Source of the DNA: Candidatus Iainarchaeum sp.
Lineage (GTDB): Archaea > Iainarchaeota > Iainarchaeia > Iainarchaeales > DTGL01
Length of the DNA: 64,000 bases
Assembly (NCBI GenBank): GCA_026413945.1
Contig: JAOAJX010000001.1
Span: forward strand, 139,116 to 203,115
Direction: 5' to 3'
Of the stretch, positions 41,615-51,700 are shown piece after piece. Below the pieces are notes generated by a model that was not told where the DNA came from, made no database searches, and saw only the letters and a program-made list of their open reading frames with translations. Each line of letters opens with the position of its first letter. Positions within the stretch are counted from its first letter, which is position 1. The position numbers and the translations under genes are program-made.

Positions 41615-42254
41615 TAAATTTTGCCCGAAACCCCACAATTTTAGCTTTTTATAATGAAAAAATTGCGAATAGTATAGTTATGTATATAGTTAAAATTTCT
41701 TATTTTTAGGCCTCTCTGCAGCTTTTAAGGCGGCCTTTTTGGGCTTTTTGTCAATAATGCTATTCTTAGTTCATAAAAGCATTTATAAAAGCAAGCCCAA
41801 TATTTAGGCCCAATAGGCCCAATATCTGTTAAATATGAATTATCGTAAAATTTCCTTTTTTTGCAGATAAAGGCCCAAAAATTGTTTTTTTCGGCAAAAA
41901 AGATAAATTTGGCTTTCTAACTTTTTCAGAAATTTTTTCTTATATCTCTAAAAAGTTACAGTGCTTATCACAGCAAACAGCAAATATCTTAACTAATATT
42001 TACACCAAAATTATTGCTCTGCAAAGCTCTAGAAAAATTCCACAGAATTTTTCTTACACAAAACTCTTACACAAAAATCTGATAGTAAGAAAGCAAATAA
42101 GACATTTAAAATAAGACAAGACATTACAAGACATTTATACATAATTAAATTATCAAATTAGAAACCCATATATTGCAGTATAATATACATTATACTGCAC
42201 TATATGTGCATAATCCCACAATTATTATGTATAATAAGCTATTCTGTGGGCAAA
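41615..42254. repeat. Non-coding locus with clustered short direct and inverted repeats
   Basis: GCCCAATA x3, TCTTACACAAAA x2, AAGACATT x3, 10-bp perfect IR at 42031-42054. Confidence 0.8.
42173..42200. other. Putative dif (Xer recombination) site
   Basis: TTGCAGTATAA-TATACA-TTATACTGCAC: 11-6-11 inverted-repeat layout. Confidence 0.75.
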
Positions 42255-42746
42255 TTAGTTATGTAGCAGATGCATTAGCCTTTCTCTTATGTTCACAATA
42301 TACTCAACTGCCTGAGCATAACTTAATCCTTTGCTTCCATTAGGAAAAAGTTCACAAGAAAACAAATCAATTTTTGAGTTTTCCATCTCTACTTCTGACC
42401 TAATTTCAGGATGGTCTATTTTTTCAGTATACTTTTTGACAATTTTGCTCCAACGCTCCAACTCTGCATTTTGAAGCTCTGCATTTCTAAGTGCAGTATC
42501 TATGAAACTGATCATTTTTCTTGCCTCTGCTTTAGAAATTGCACCTTTTCTTATTTTTAAAGTTATAGTCCTTACTTTAAGCAAAGCTTCAAGTATGCTT
42601 TTATCCCTAAGCGACTTACTTCTTTCAGCGGTAACTCTAAAGCCTTTAATTTCTGAAATCAACCCAACATAGCGTTCTCTGGCCATCTCAAGCTTTTTTA
42701 AATTTCTTTCTGGCTTTATTCTTCTAAAAAATCCTTTAATTGCCAT
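42255..42746 (-). CDS. Hypothetical basic helical protein
   Basis: 163-aa ORF, no motif recognised. Confidence 0.6.
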   Translation of the reverse strand: MAIKGFFRRIKPERNLKKLEMARERYVGLISEIKGFRVTAERSKSLRDKSILEALLKVRTITLKIRKGAISKAEARKMISFIDTALRNAELQNAELERWSKIVKKYTEKIDHPEIRSEVEMENSKIDLFSCELFPNGSKGLSYAQAVEYIVNIRERLMHLLHN

Positions 42747-42792
42747 GAAATATTAAGAAGTATTATAGTCTCGCCTTATTTAATTTTTTCGT

Positions 42793-44037
42793 TTAGAGTT
42801 TAGGCCCAAGATAAACATAGCACAGATTCTTAGTGTCTATTAATTCGCGCGCAACCCTTTTAACTTCTGACAACCTAAGCATTTTTATCTTCTCAAAGTA
42901 TTCTTGCCAATTCCAACCAGAACAATAAGCAAAAGAATTATCTCTTGCTTTCTCGAGTGAATCTTCCCAAGAGATGGCATAAGAGCCAAATATATGCTTT
43001 TTAGCCTTTTTAAGTTCACTCTCACTTATTTTGCCGTGGGCTATACGTGCTAACTCTTTTTTTATTATATCAGTAACTTTTTTTGCTTTATCAGGCCTTG
43101 TCGCAGCATAGATACAGAAAATACCATGCTTTGGCTCGGCCTCCAAAAACGCATGAGCCATGTAGCTTAACCCATGCTTTTCCCTTATCTTATAAACTAT
43201 TCTTGAGCTAAGGCCACCACCCAAAATTGCTTCTAACAAGCTCAATACTGCATAATTTTCATCGAAGGAGCTCACAGTGGGAAAACCAATGCAAAGATGT
43301 GTCTGCTCAATCTTTTTCTCTATAAATACTTCTTTATGCTTAGAGCCAACATCGCACTTTTTAAGTTTCAATGGCTTTTTTCTACATTTTGGTTCAATAA
43401 TGCCAATAGAATTTAAATATTTGGATGGTTCGTCAGGTGCAACTATCGAGAATAAACAATTCTTAATGTGATGGCTCTTCCTAAAATTAAAGAGGAGATC
43501 CTTTCTCTTGAATTTAAGAACATTTTTTTCATTGCCAGCAATCGGTTTGCCAAAAGCTTTATCCAAACACTCTCTATAGAATTCAATGATTGTGTGCCTT
43601 GTTGGGTTGTCATAAGCATCTCTTATCTCATTCGCTATTATTTTTCTTTCAATCTCAACTTGATCTTTGTAGAATTGGCAGTCTCTAAAGCAATCTAACA
43701 GCACGTTTATTGCCATAATGCCGTGCTTGACATCAGTTTTGATCAAATATCCAATATTTTCCCTCGATGTAAAAGCGTTTAAATAGCCACCGACAGAATC
43801 AATCTTCTTTGAGATTTGCAGTCTACTGTGTTTTCTAGTTCCAGAAAAGAACATATGCTCTATAAAATGCGCAATACCAGAGCTCCTTTTTTTCTCGAAA
43901 GCAGAACCAAAATTAACTAATAGCTCAGCAGCAAAGACATTGCTTTTGCTTTTGCCGAATAAAACCTTTGCCCCATTTTTTAATGTGAATATTTCTGTTT
44001 CCTCACCACTGATGCATAGTGATTTATGCCCAATCAT
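42793..44037 (-). CDS. M16 family zinc peptidase
   Basis: GIAHFIEHM (HxxEH), NAFTS.E, LGGGLSSR...REKHGLSY; start uncertain, and the ORF-track N-extension overlaps another small ORF. Confidence 0.9.
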   Translation of the reverse strand: MIGHKSLCISGEETEIFTLKNGAKVLFGKSKSNVFAAELLVNFGSAFEKKRSSGIAHFIEHMFFSGTRKHSRLQISKKIDSVGGYLNAFTSRENIGYLIKTDVKHGIMAINVLLDCFRDCQFYKDQVEIERKIIANEIRDAYDNPTRHTIIEFYRECLDKAFGKPIAGNEKNVLKFKRKDLLFNFRKSHHIKNCLFSIVAPDEPSKYLNSIGIIEPKCRKKPLKLKKCDVGSKHKEVFIEKKIEQTHLCIGFPTVSSFDENYAVLSLLEAILGGGLSSRIVYKIREKHGLSYMAHAFLEAEPKHGIFCIYAATRPDKAKKVTDIIKKELARIAHGKISESELKKAKKHIFGSYAISWEDSLEKARDNSFAYCSGWNWQEYFEKIKMLRLSEVKRVARELIDTKNLCYVYLGPKL

Positions 44038-44095
44038 AGATGACATAGAATGAAAAGTTAATGCAAAGCTTAAAATAGTTTGTGGCTGGCTAAAA

Positions 44096-44263
44096 CTATA
44101 TCTTAATCTTCCCAAAATTTGCATAACGCCTAAATTTTGTCTTTGTCCAGGGTTCTGGCTGTTTGGCTCTAAGCTTGCGCTCTTCATTCAGCAATTTCTG
44201 CCTAAGCTCTTCGCTAACTTCAAAACGTATTACCCCATCACCAACAACCATATTTCCAGCCAT
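44096..44263 (-). CDS. Small hypothetical protein (55 aa)
   Basis: Strong SD GGAGGGGG before ATG; MAGNMVVGDGVIRFEVSEELRQKLLNEERKLRAKQPEPWTKTKFRRYANFGKIKI. Confidence 0.55.
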   Translation of the reverse strand: MAGNMVVGDGVIRFEVSEELRQKLLNEERKLRAKQPEPWTKTKFRRYANFGKIKI

Positions 44264-44484
44264 AAAGCCCCCTCCAAAAATTTAGTTAAAGCAAGCCAAA
44301 AATAGCCTCTATAATATTTTTGCATTGTACTCTTTAAAAATATGACGTATAAATTATGTAGAAATTATCTGTAATCTAATAGCTGAAATATTGCTTCAAA
44401 AATGTTTTTAATCTAATATTCTCTTATTTTATATTTTGCTCTAAATAATTATCTAAATAATTAAAATCACTAAGATGTGGTTTT

Positions 44485-45675
44485 ATGGATAAATATGATG
44501 TCATTGTAATAGGTGGAAGCGTTGCAGGTCTAAGAGCCGCAGAACAGCTCGCGAATAGAGGCTTAAATGTACTCTGTTTGGATAAAAAACAAGAAATTGG
44601 AGTTCCAAAGCAATGTGGCGAAGGTATAAGCTTAGGGCATCTTCAAAAGCTCGGAATCAAGCCAGATAGGCGTTGGGCATCACAAAAAATAAATGGTGCA
44701 ATTCTTTATGCACCAAACGGTAGTGCAGTTGAGATTGATTTTGGCAAAACCATGGGCTTTGTACTAGAGCGCAAAGCATTTGAAAAGCATCTAGCCAAAA
44801 AAGCAGCAAAAGCAGGTGCAACTGTAAAGGTAAAAAGCAACGTAACTGAAGTAAAGAGAACTGAAGGCGGAGTCATTGTTAGTGTATGTGACCTTTTCGC
44901 AAACACATACTTTGCTAAAGCAATTTTCGCATGTGACGGGCCACAAAGCGTTATAGCAAACAAGATGGGGTTGCCAATAAGCATAAAGCCAGAGGACTTA
45001 GACTCCGGCATTCAATATGAGATGGCTGGCATTGAATTCGAAAAAGAAAAATTTATTCATCTATGGTTTGGGAACGATATTGCGCCTAGAGGATATGTTT
45101 GGCTATTTCCAAAGGGTAAGCAGCATGCTAACGTAGGCATTGGCATAGGTGCACACATCAGAGGTTCAGCAAAAGAATACTTGGACAAATGGATTGAGGT
45201 CAGACCGGAGATAAAGAAAGGCTCTATAATTGAAGTCAATTCTGGTGTGATACCTGTTGGTGGGCTCCTTAAGAAAATGACTGCAGACAATCTTATAGTT
45301 ATAGGTGATGCCGCTCATCAAGTTAACCCAATACATGGCGGCGGCATGGGCATAGCAATGGAGGCAGCAGATATTGCCACTAGCGTTTTCGAAAAAGCAT
45401 TCCAAAAAAATGATTTTTCAGATGCAACTTTTGACGAATACAACAGAATATGGTGGGAACGCTGTGGGAATAAGTTAATGCGACTGGTTCAAATAAGGAA
45501 AATGATGGAATCTCTTAATGATAATGACTTTAATACAATTGCTGAAGCTTTTACTGGTGAGGAGATACTGACAATACAGAGTGGAGACTTCGCGAAGATT
45601 AGAGCAATAATACTCAAGAAACTTATTAGCAAGCCAGCACTTTTAAAAGTGATGCTGAAATATCTCTCAGCATAG
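44485..45675 (+). CDS. Geranylgeranyl reductase (DGGGPL reductase family)
   Basis: Rossmann N-terminus, P.QCGEG, GYVWLFPKG, GDAAHQVNP..GGG. Confidence 0.9.
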   Translation: MDKYDVIVIGGSVAGLRAAEQLANRGLNVLCLDKKQEIGVPKQCGEGISLGHLQKLGIKPDRRWASQKINGAILYAPNGSAVEIDFGKTMGFVLERKAFEKHLAKKAAKAGATVKVKSNVTEVKRTEGGVIVSVCDLFANTYFAKAIFACDGPQSVIANKMGLPISIKPEDLDSGIQYEMAGIEFEKEKFIHLWFGNDIAPRGYVWLFPKGKQHANVGIGIGAHIRGSAKEYLDKWIEVRPEIKKGSIIEVNSGVIPVGGLLKKMTADNLIVIGDAAHQVNPIHGGGMGIAMEAADIATSVFEKAFQKNDFSDATFDEYNRIWWERCGNKLMRLVQIRKMMESLNDNDFNTIAEAFTGEEILTIQSGDFAKIRAIILKKLISKPALLKVMLKYLSA

Positions 45676-45714
45676 GCGCCGGCATTTATTAAGGTTTCCA
45701 ATTAAAAAATCTTT

Positions 45715-46908
45715 ATGGCTGCAGATTTATTCATTTCCAATGATAAGCTGAACATACCCAGTCAATCGTTTGCCACTCTGATTAAAGAGATAAAATATGA
45801 AAGCATAGAGAACTCTATAGTAAAAAAAGTGCAAGAGCTCCCGCAAGATGCAATAAAGATCAAGCTTTATACAAAAGCCGGTGAAAAAGATCTTGTGATC
45901 TGCAACAAATATTTTTTTATCTCCAAATATCAGCTTCCGGCAAAACAGCAAACTTCCGGTTTTGGTGCTTTTTTGAACAAACATCTCAGATCAAAGAGGC
46001 TCAACTCAATAGATCAACTCGATTCGGAACGAGTTTTTATGCTAAACTTTGGAGATCATTTTCTAGTGCTTGAGCTTTTTTCAAAAGGAAATGTCATCTT
46101 GACCGACCAATCAAAGAAAGTGCTTGGCTGTCTGCGCACTGAAGAATGGAGCGCAAGAAAAATAAAAAAAGGATTTCAATATGTCGAACCACCAAGTTCT
46201 ACCTTGCTAGATAAAATAACTGCCGAAGATTTTGTTATAATCGCAAAGAAAGATCCAGAAGCAAAAATAATTCCTTGGCTTGTAAAATCTTTTGGTTTGT
46301 CACCTTTGATTGCCGAAGCGTCTTGTCTCGAAGTGTGTATAGAAAAAGATATCAGTATCGCTGCTATCCCAGAATCAGAGCTAAAGAAACTATATGAAAA
46401 AACAAAGCTGATGCTTTCAATGTCTGATGCGAGTGGCAGAGCATATGTTGTAGAACACCGCAACTCCTTATACCTCCTCAATTTTCTACCAAAAATTTTT
46501 GCATCTTCTTGCATTCATGAATTCAAAGGGCTGAATGATGCGCTTAATGAGATTTTTGTTATGCAAAATAATTCCAAGATAAAAATAATGCCAGTAAATA
46601 AAAAGGCAGAAGAGCTTCAAAAAGCTTTGGAAAAACAGATTGCAAAAATAAAGAGTTGTGAGAGATCCGCATTGGAATTAAAAGATAAAGCCCGTACAAT
46701 ATATGAAAATTTCAATGATATTTGCTCTGCTTTTGAGTTTGCTAAAGCAGAAACAAATAGTAAAAAGGGAAAAGGGCAAATTATGTATAATTTAACCTTT
46801 GGCAACGTCTTGCTAAAGAGCATCGATTTCAGCAAACGCTCTTTAAAGATAGAGATTCACACCACAGAAAATAAAGACAATAAAAAAGAGAGGTCGCAAT
46901 CAAGTTGA
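45715..46908 (+). CDS. NFACT/Rqc2 (RqcH)-family protein, short form
   Basis: F...L.KHL, ERV, LELFSKGNVILTD, HhH-like region, coiled coil; no NFACT-R recognised. Confidence 0.75.
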   Translation: MAADLFISNDKLNIPSQSFATLIKEIKYESIENSIVKKVQELPQDAIKIKLYTKAGEKDLVICNKYFFISKYQLPAKQQTSGFGAFLNKHLRSKRLNSIDQLDSERVFMLNFGDHFLVLELFSKGNVILTDQSKKVLGCLRTEEWSARKIKKGFQYVEPPSSTLLDKITAEDFVIIAKKDPEAKIIPWLVKSFGLSPLIAEASCLEVCIEKDISIAAIPESELKKLYEKTKLMLSMSDASGRAYVVEHRNSLYLLNFLPKIFASSCIHEFKGLNDALNEIFVMQNNSKIKIMPVNKKAEELQKALEKQIAKIKSCERSALELKDKARTIYENFNDICSAFEFAKAETNSKKGKGQIMYNLTFGNVLLKSIDFSKRSLKIEIHTTENKDNKKERSQSS

Positions 46909-47160
46909 AACAACTTCGCGTTCATCAACTATGAAAACATCGCTTACAGCAGTAACTGCAGCATAAGGAACTTCTATTATTGGCTCGGTGCTTCTCAACC
47001 TTTTCACTATCTTGCTATTCTTGTCTATTTCTATAACTAATTTCTCTATTTCACCAGTACGCTCATTTATTAGAAGATCTGAGAGCTTGCCGAGTTCTTC
47101 GCCCCTATTAGTAATTACCCTTTTTGCAGCAATTTCTCTCGCAATAGTGTACTTATACAT
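46900..47160 (-). CDS. PRC-barrel domain protein (CdpB-like)
   Basis: KRVITNRGEELGKLSDLLINERTG.I...VPY.AV.AV.D.FIV. Confidence 0.85.
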   Translation of the reverse strand: MYKYTIAREIAAKRVITNRGEELGKLSDLLINERTGEIEKLVIEIDKNSKIVKRLRSTEPIIEVPYAAVTAVSDVFIVDEREVVST

Positions 47161-47324
47161 GGTTTCACCCTATAAAGTAAAAATATTAAATTTTATAAAC
47201 CCTTACCTCACAACCCTATACATAATAAACTTTTTTTAGCACCTCATTAAACTTCGTATAGTTATACGCTTTTCTAATATTTAAACATATCGTTTCTAAA
47301 TCTGAATATTCAAAAGGTGATCTT

Positions 47325-47543
47325 TTGCAAGAAAAAAATGGGTCGACTAAAAAATTTTGGACTGCGAGAAAACTTGTGCTGATTTTTTTTCTTATTTTTG
47401 GAATTGCGATAGGCGCTATTGTACAGCATTACGTCTTAGAGCCTTTGCTTGATGTTAGCTTAGCAGAGCAGCTAAAAAAATGTAAAACAGAAAATTTGGA
47501 AATACACGACTCACTCAAAAAATGTATCGATGTTTCAAAATAA
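47325..47543 (+). CDS. Small single-TM protein
   Basis: GGTGA SD, TTG start, hydrophobic helix followed by a short coiled coil. Confidence 0.65.
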   Translation: MQEKNGSTKKFWTARKLVLIFFLIFGIAIGAIVQHYVLEPLLDVSLAEQLKKCKTENLEIHDSLKKCIDVSK

Positions 47544-47566
47544 AACTAAGCGAAAATAATATTAAA

Positions 47567-48184
47567 TCAACCATTCAATTTTTGCACTAGGACTTTACCG
47601 CAAGGCTTTTCTTCCTTAAAGACAAACGCTTCAAAAATAAATATCTCTGTGTCAGGCATGCGCCAAAAATTTTTTTGCAAACCTGCTTTGAGACACGCTT
47701 GTTCCAAGAACGTTTCACTGTTCCATCCATATTCAATAGCAACTTGAGGCAAAAGAAGGCCACTATGATACGACCTTCTTATAATTACTCCATGTTTTCC
47801 AACAACAACTATCTTTGGTGCCATTTTGTTATCTATTTTCTCTGGTTTGCTTAGCACTGATATTTCAACAATACATTTTTTTAGCTCCTCATCGTACACA
47901 GGTAAAAATCTTGGATCACGCGAAGAGCCGACAGCTGCCTCAATAACTGCTTTAATAAGCGGCATTTCAGGATATGGTATTCCAATGCAACCACGAAGCT
48001 CATTTTCAGGATAAGTATGCAGTGTAACAAAAACACCTTTTTTCTGCATTAAGCCTTTTTCCTTGATATTTGCTGAGTAAATTCTACCAGTTAGATTATA
48101 ATATTCTATAGCTTTCCTAGCCATGATAATGAGTTCTTCGCATTCTTTTTCAGACAGTTCCATAATTATGCTTTTGTATGACAA
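47567..48184 (-). CDS. AMMECR1 domain protein
   Basis: GVFVTL...LRGCIG, DPRF, EISVLS, GLLLPQV, C.KAG. Confidence 0.92.
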   Translation of the reverse strand: MSYKSIIMELSEKECEELIIMARKAIEYYNLTGRIYSANIKEKGLMQKKGVFVTLHTYPENELRGCIGIPYPEMPLIKAVIEAAVGSSRDPRFLPVYDEELKKCIVEISVLSKPEKIDNKMAPKIVVVGKHGVIIRRSYHSGLLLPQVAIEYGWNSETFLEQACLKAGLQKNFWRMPDTEIFIFEAFVFKEEKPCGKVLVQKLNG

Positions 48185-48216
48185 CTTAATATTATTTTCT
48201 GTTATTTAGTTTTTTC

Positions 48217-48654
48217 ATGGCATCTGCTTTAGATCCCTTGGTAAAAGAGATCATCGATTTCGAACAGTTGCAGACTTTTATAAACCAAAGGGAAGGCAAC
48301 TTAATTGATCTCACAAAGACTTATTACTGCTGCCTGGGTTCAGATCTTGGCTTTGATGTAAGTGCACCATACACACTAGATATCAGCAATACTAAAATAG
48401 AATATGATATCTGCTGGATTACCGCTAACAATATTGAAGTTGCCTTCGAGTTTGAGCTTGGTGATCTTGAGGGTTTTTTTGCAGCACTATGTAAGCTCTC
48501 AGTATGTGAGCCAGAATTAGGAGTAATACTGGTATCACACAAAAGCAGAATCTTGAATCTCGATTTAGCAACAAAATTAGCACAGAAAACTCAAGCTTTA
48601 AGAAAAAAACTTCTCTTAGTGGATATAAGCAGCGAGAATTTCGAGCTTGTTTAA
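48217..48654 (+). CDS. Hypothetical protein, possible PD-(D/E)XK-like fold
   Basis: YDICW...VAFEFE pattern. Confidence 0.45.
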   Translation: MASALDPLVKEIIDFEQLQTFINQREGNLIDLTKTYYCCLGSDLGFDVSAPYTLDISNTKIEYDICWITANNIEVAFEFELGDLEGFFAALCKLSVCEPELGVILVSHKSRILNLDLATKLAQKTQALRKKLLLVDISSENFELV

Positions 48655-48720
48655 ATCAATTTGCAAAACAACTAAAAAAGCAATTTGTTTTTTAAATTTT
48701 TCCAGAGAAAGAATTGATCA

Positions 48721-51700
48721 ATGCTAAGAGAGTCAAAGATACACTTATTTTTCATTATGTTGTTTTTGGCTGGCACGCTATTCCTTTCGGCATGCATTGA
48801 TTACGAAAATGAAGCACTTCTTGAGGAATATAAGCAGAGATGCCTTAACCTAACCGCATATGACGCAGGTTATGTGCCACAGTGCTTAAGCCTCGAAGAA
48901 TGCTTCTCTATGATAGAAAAAGAACTTTTTGATTTTTCTGATAGTTCACTTACCCTAGAATCTAGACAAATTCTTTATTATTACAAAACACACCTTTCTA
49001 AGTCGTGGTATTACTATAATGAATCAATGCATTACTTAAAAAAGATAAGAGATGCATGCTCGGAAAAAAACTTTGAACTCGCTTTAGATAGTGCAAATGA
49101 CTTTCGCTATTACATTGAAAAATCTTTCGAGGAGTCAGACCTTGCACTTGAAGCTTCTTTTGGATTCATATTGTATGAAAAAAGGAAGCTTGAGGAACAG
49201 GATATAAACATGATAAAAGAAGAGCCAATTTATGCATTTTACATAAGGCTTAATGACAATGAGCGTCAAATACTTTCAAAAGAAAACTTGGGTTTTAACA
49301 ACTACGCTTCAGATGCAAGGCGCTTAGCAGAAGAAACCGCAAATAAAAGAGCTTTTGCAGGTGCAAAACCCGAGGTTATAAAAAAGAAAACATTTAGAGA
49401 GCTTTTCATAAGCACTTTGGGGCTGCCATTCGAATATTATATATATGAAAACCAAGAAAAGAGCGCATATTTGCCAATCTTCGCTGGTCTGCCAAATAAG
49501 TATGCTGAATTCGTCTCCAATATAGAGACAACTGAAAGGATGCTTAGTTTTCTCTCAAATGAAAGACCAGATGAGTTTCTAAAACTTCTTTCAAAACTCG
49601 TTGGAAAAAAGAGTTCTTTGGCTGGCGATTTCGTTAAATTAGCAAAAGAAGACTCATTAAAAAAGGCATCCCTTTTAGAGAATTTGTCAATGCTTGAAAA
49701 AAGCATCGAGGAAAAAATAAGCTCTGCAAAATCGAAAGCAAACTTTTTTACATCGAACTCTTTTCATTATGCTGATGAAAATTTCTTAATGAACATGCAG
49801 AAGCTGCTCAACGAGCCGCTAACAGTTTCTTTCGATAACCAGATTTTTAGTTCGCCAGCTGATGCAGCGCTTAACTCAACAGCAAAAATAAATGCAATTG
49901 AAAGGGGTTTAATTGATAATCGTTCTGCATGGCTGTCTGGGCGCATAACCATTGGCTTAAGAACCTCAAATCTTAAGCTTCTCAATACTGATATCGACAA
50001 CATAATTTACTCTCTCGATTCTATGGAAAAGAGCATCAACATTCTTGTTGCAAGATGTGATTACGAACTTTCTTTACAAGCAGAGACAACAGAGCTTGCT
50101 TCTTTGAAGGAGAAATACTTGCTTGCAAACAAAGATGAAAAGCTAATGTACTGCAGCTCCTTTATTGAGCTCAGAGCTAGGCTCAAAGAAAATGCTGAAA
50201 AAAGAAAAGGCAATGAAAAAGCTCTTTACCAATCGGATTGCGATGAGAAGCTTTCTGTTTTGATTCAATTCACAAAAAACGACTATCTAAAGAGCAGATA
50301 TAAAATAATGCTCGACTCAAACAACGTTTTAAGTGATTGTAATTTGCTGCTAATAGATGTTGAAGAGGACATACGCACAAACTACCGCATTGACGACCTT
50401 GAAAAAAAATTTGAAGAAGCATCAGCCTATAATGAATTCCTAGAGAAATTTTTGTTTGAGAGAAACAAGCTCTTCTATGAAATAAAGGATTATTTTGGCC
50501 CAAAAGGTCTTATACTTGAGAAGTCGATGCCTATAATAGATTCTGTTAAAGCTGATCTTGAGAGACTTATCTCAGGTTTACTTGAAAAGACCAAGATATT
50601 CCTTCAAGAGCAAATTTCAAAGAATTGCAGAATAAAAGCATTGCCATTGCGCGAAGTCTTACTTAAAAGTTTTGAGCCAACTACAACCGAATCAAGTTTC
50701 TTCTTTTACTTTGAAAACACACTGATTCATTTTGAAAAACCTCTAAATGTATCAATAAAGTTCGATGGCCAAAATTGTGAGCTACTTTATAAGACACCAA
50801 ATATCTATAATGTAAATTTTTCAGGGATTTCAGGAAAAAGCATTGTTATAGATTTTCATAACTTACCGTTAGGCATCACTAGCTTTGAGTATCAATGCAC
50901 TAAAGAATTTGGTTTGAAGATGGTTTCAAGGAACATTGCACTCAATCCAGATTTTGGCTTAATTTCAGAAAAATATATCTTCTTTGGCGATGTAAATCTT
51001 CCAAGAGCCAGGGTTTCTATAGTACAGATAAGCGGCGCAACAGCAAAAGCCATCTTTAGAGAAAAAGAGCATGCATTCTTTTCTCAAGGATACGAACTCC
51101 AGACAGTTCTTTTTGATTTAGAGCCAAACGATTTATTAACAATAAACTACAGCATAGATAAACCAATTGAAAGCACACTTTCGCTTATATCAGAATCTAG
51201 GATAGATGCAAATACAATTATCCTTACCTATCTTTGTACCGCAAAAAACAAAACAGCATTTGATGGAACCGAAACCTTTTTTTATTGTCCAATTCCTAAA
51301 GGCTATGCCGGCATTGATTTAATGGATGAAAAGGGCAAAGGGGTGAGTTTTTCTAAAGAACCCCAAGCAATAAAAATAATTCTTGATAAGATTCCTGCAT
51401 ATTCAGAGCGCAGGTTTTACATTAAACTTACAATTATAGACCTTACCCACTTCAAGAATGAGCTCACAAACGAAGCAAAAAAAATACTTTCAGAAATAAC
51501 TGATAGCAAGCTAAAGCAAGAAGCCCAAGACCTATTGGATTCACTCCAAGATGCAAATAGATTAAGCATTGAGAAACTAAGTGAAATATACAAGTCAGCT
51601 TTTGAGCTCAAAAGTAAAGAAGAAATTTTAAAGCAAAAATACCAGAGGTATCTCTTCTACAAATCAGCAGTAGAGACTGCCCTATCCAAAATAAAAGAGG

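Noticed and set aside
41615-42254. CACA-containing motifs as DnaA boxes or canonical ORB elements
   Set aside because: No exact TTATCCACA or TTCCAGTGGAAAC-type ORB seen; no orc1/cdc6 in the window
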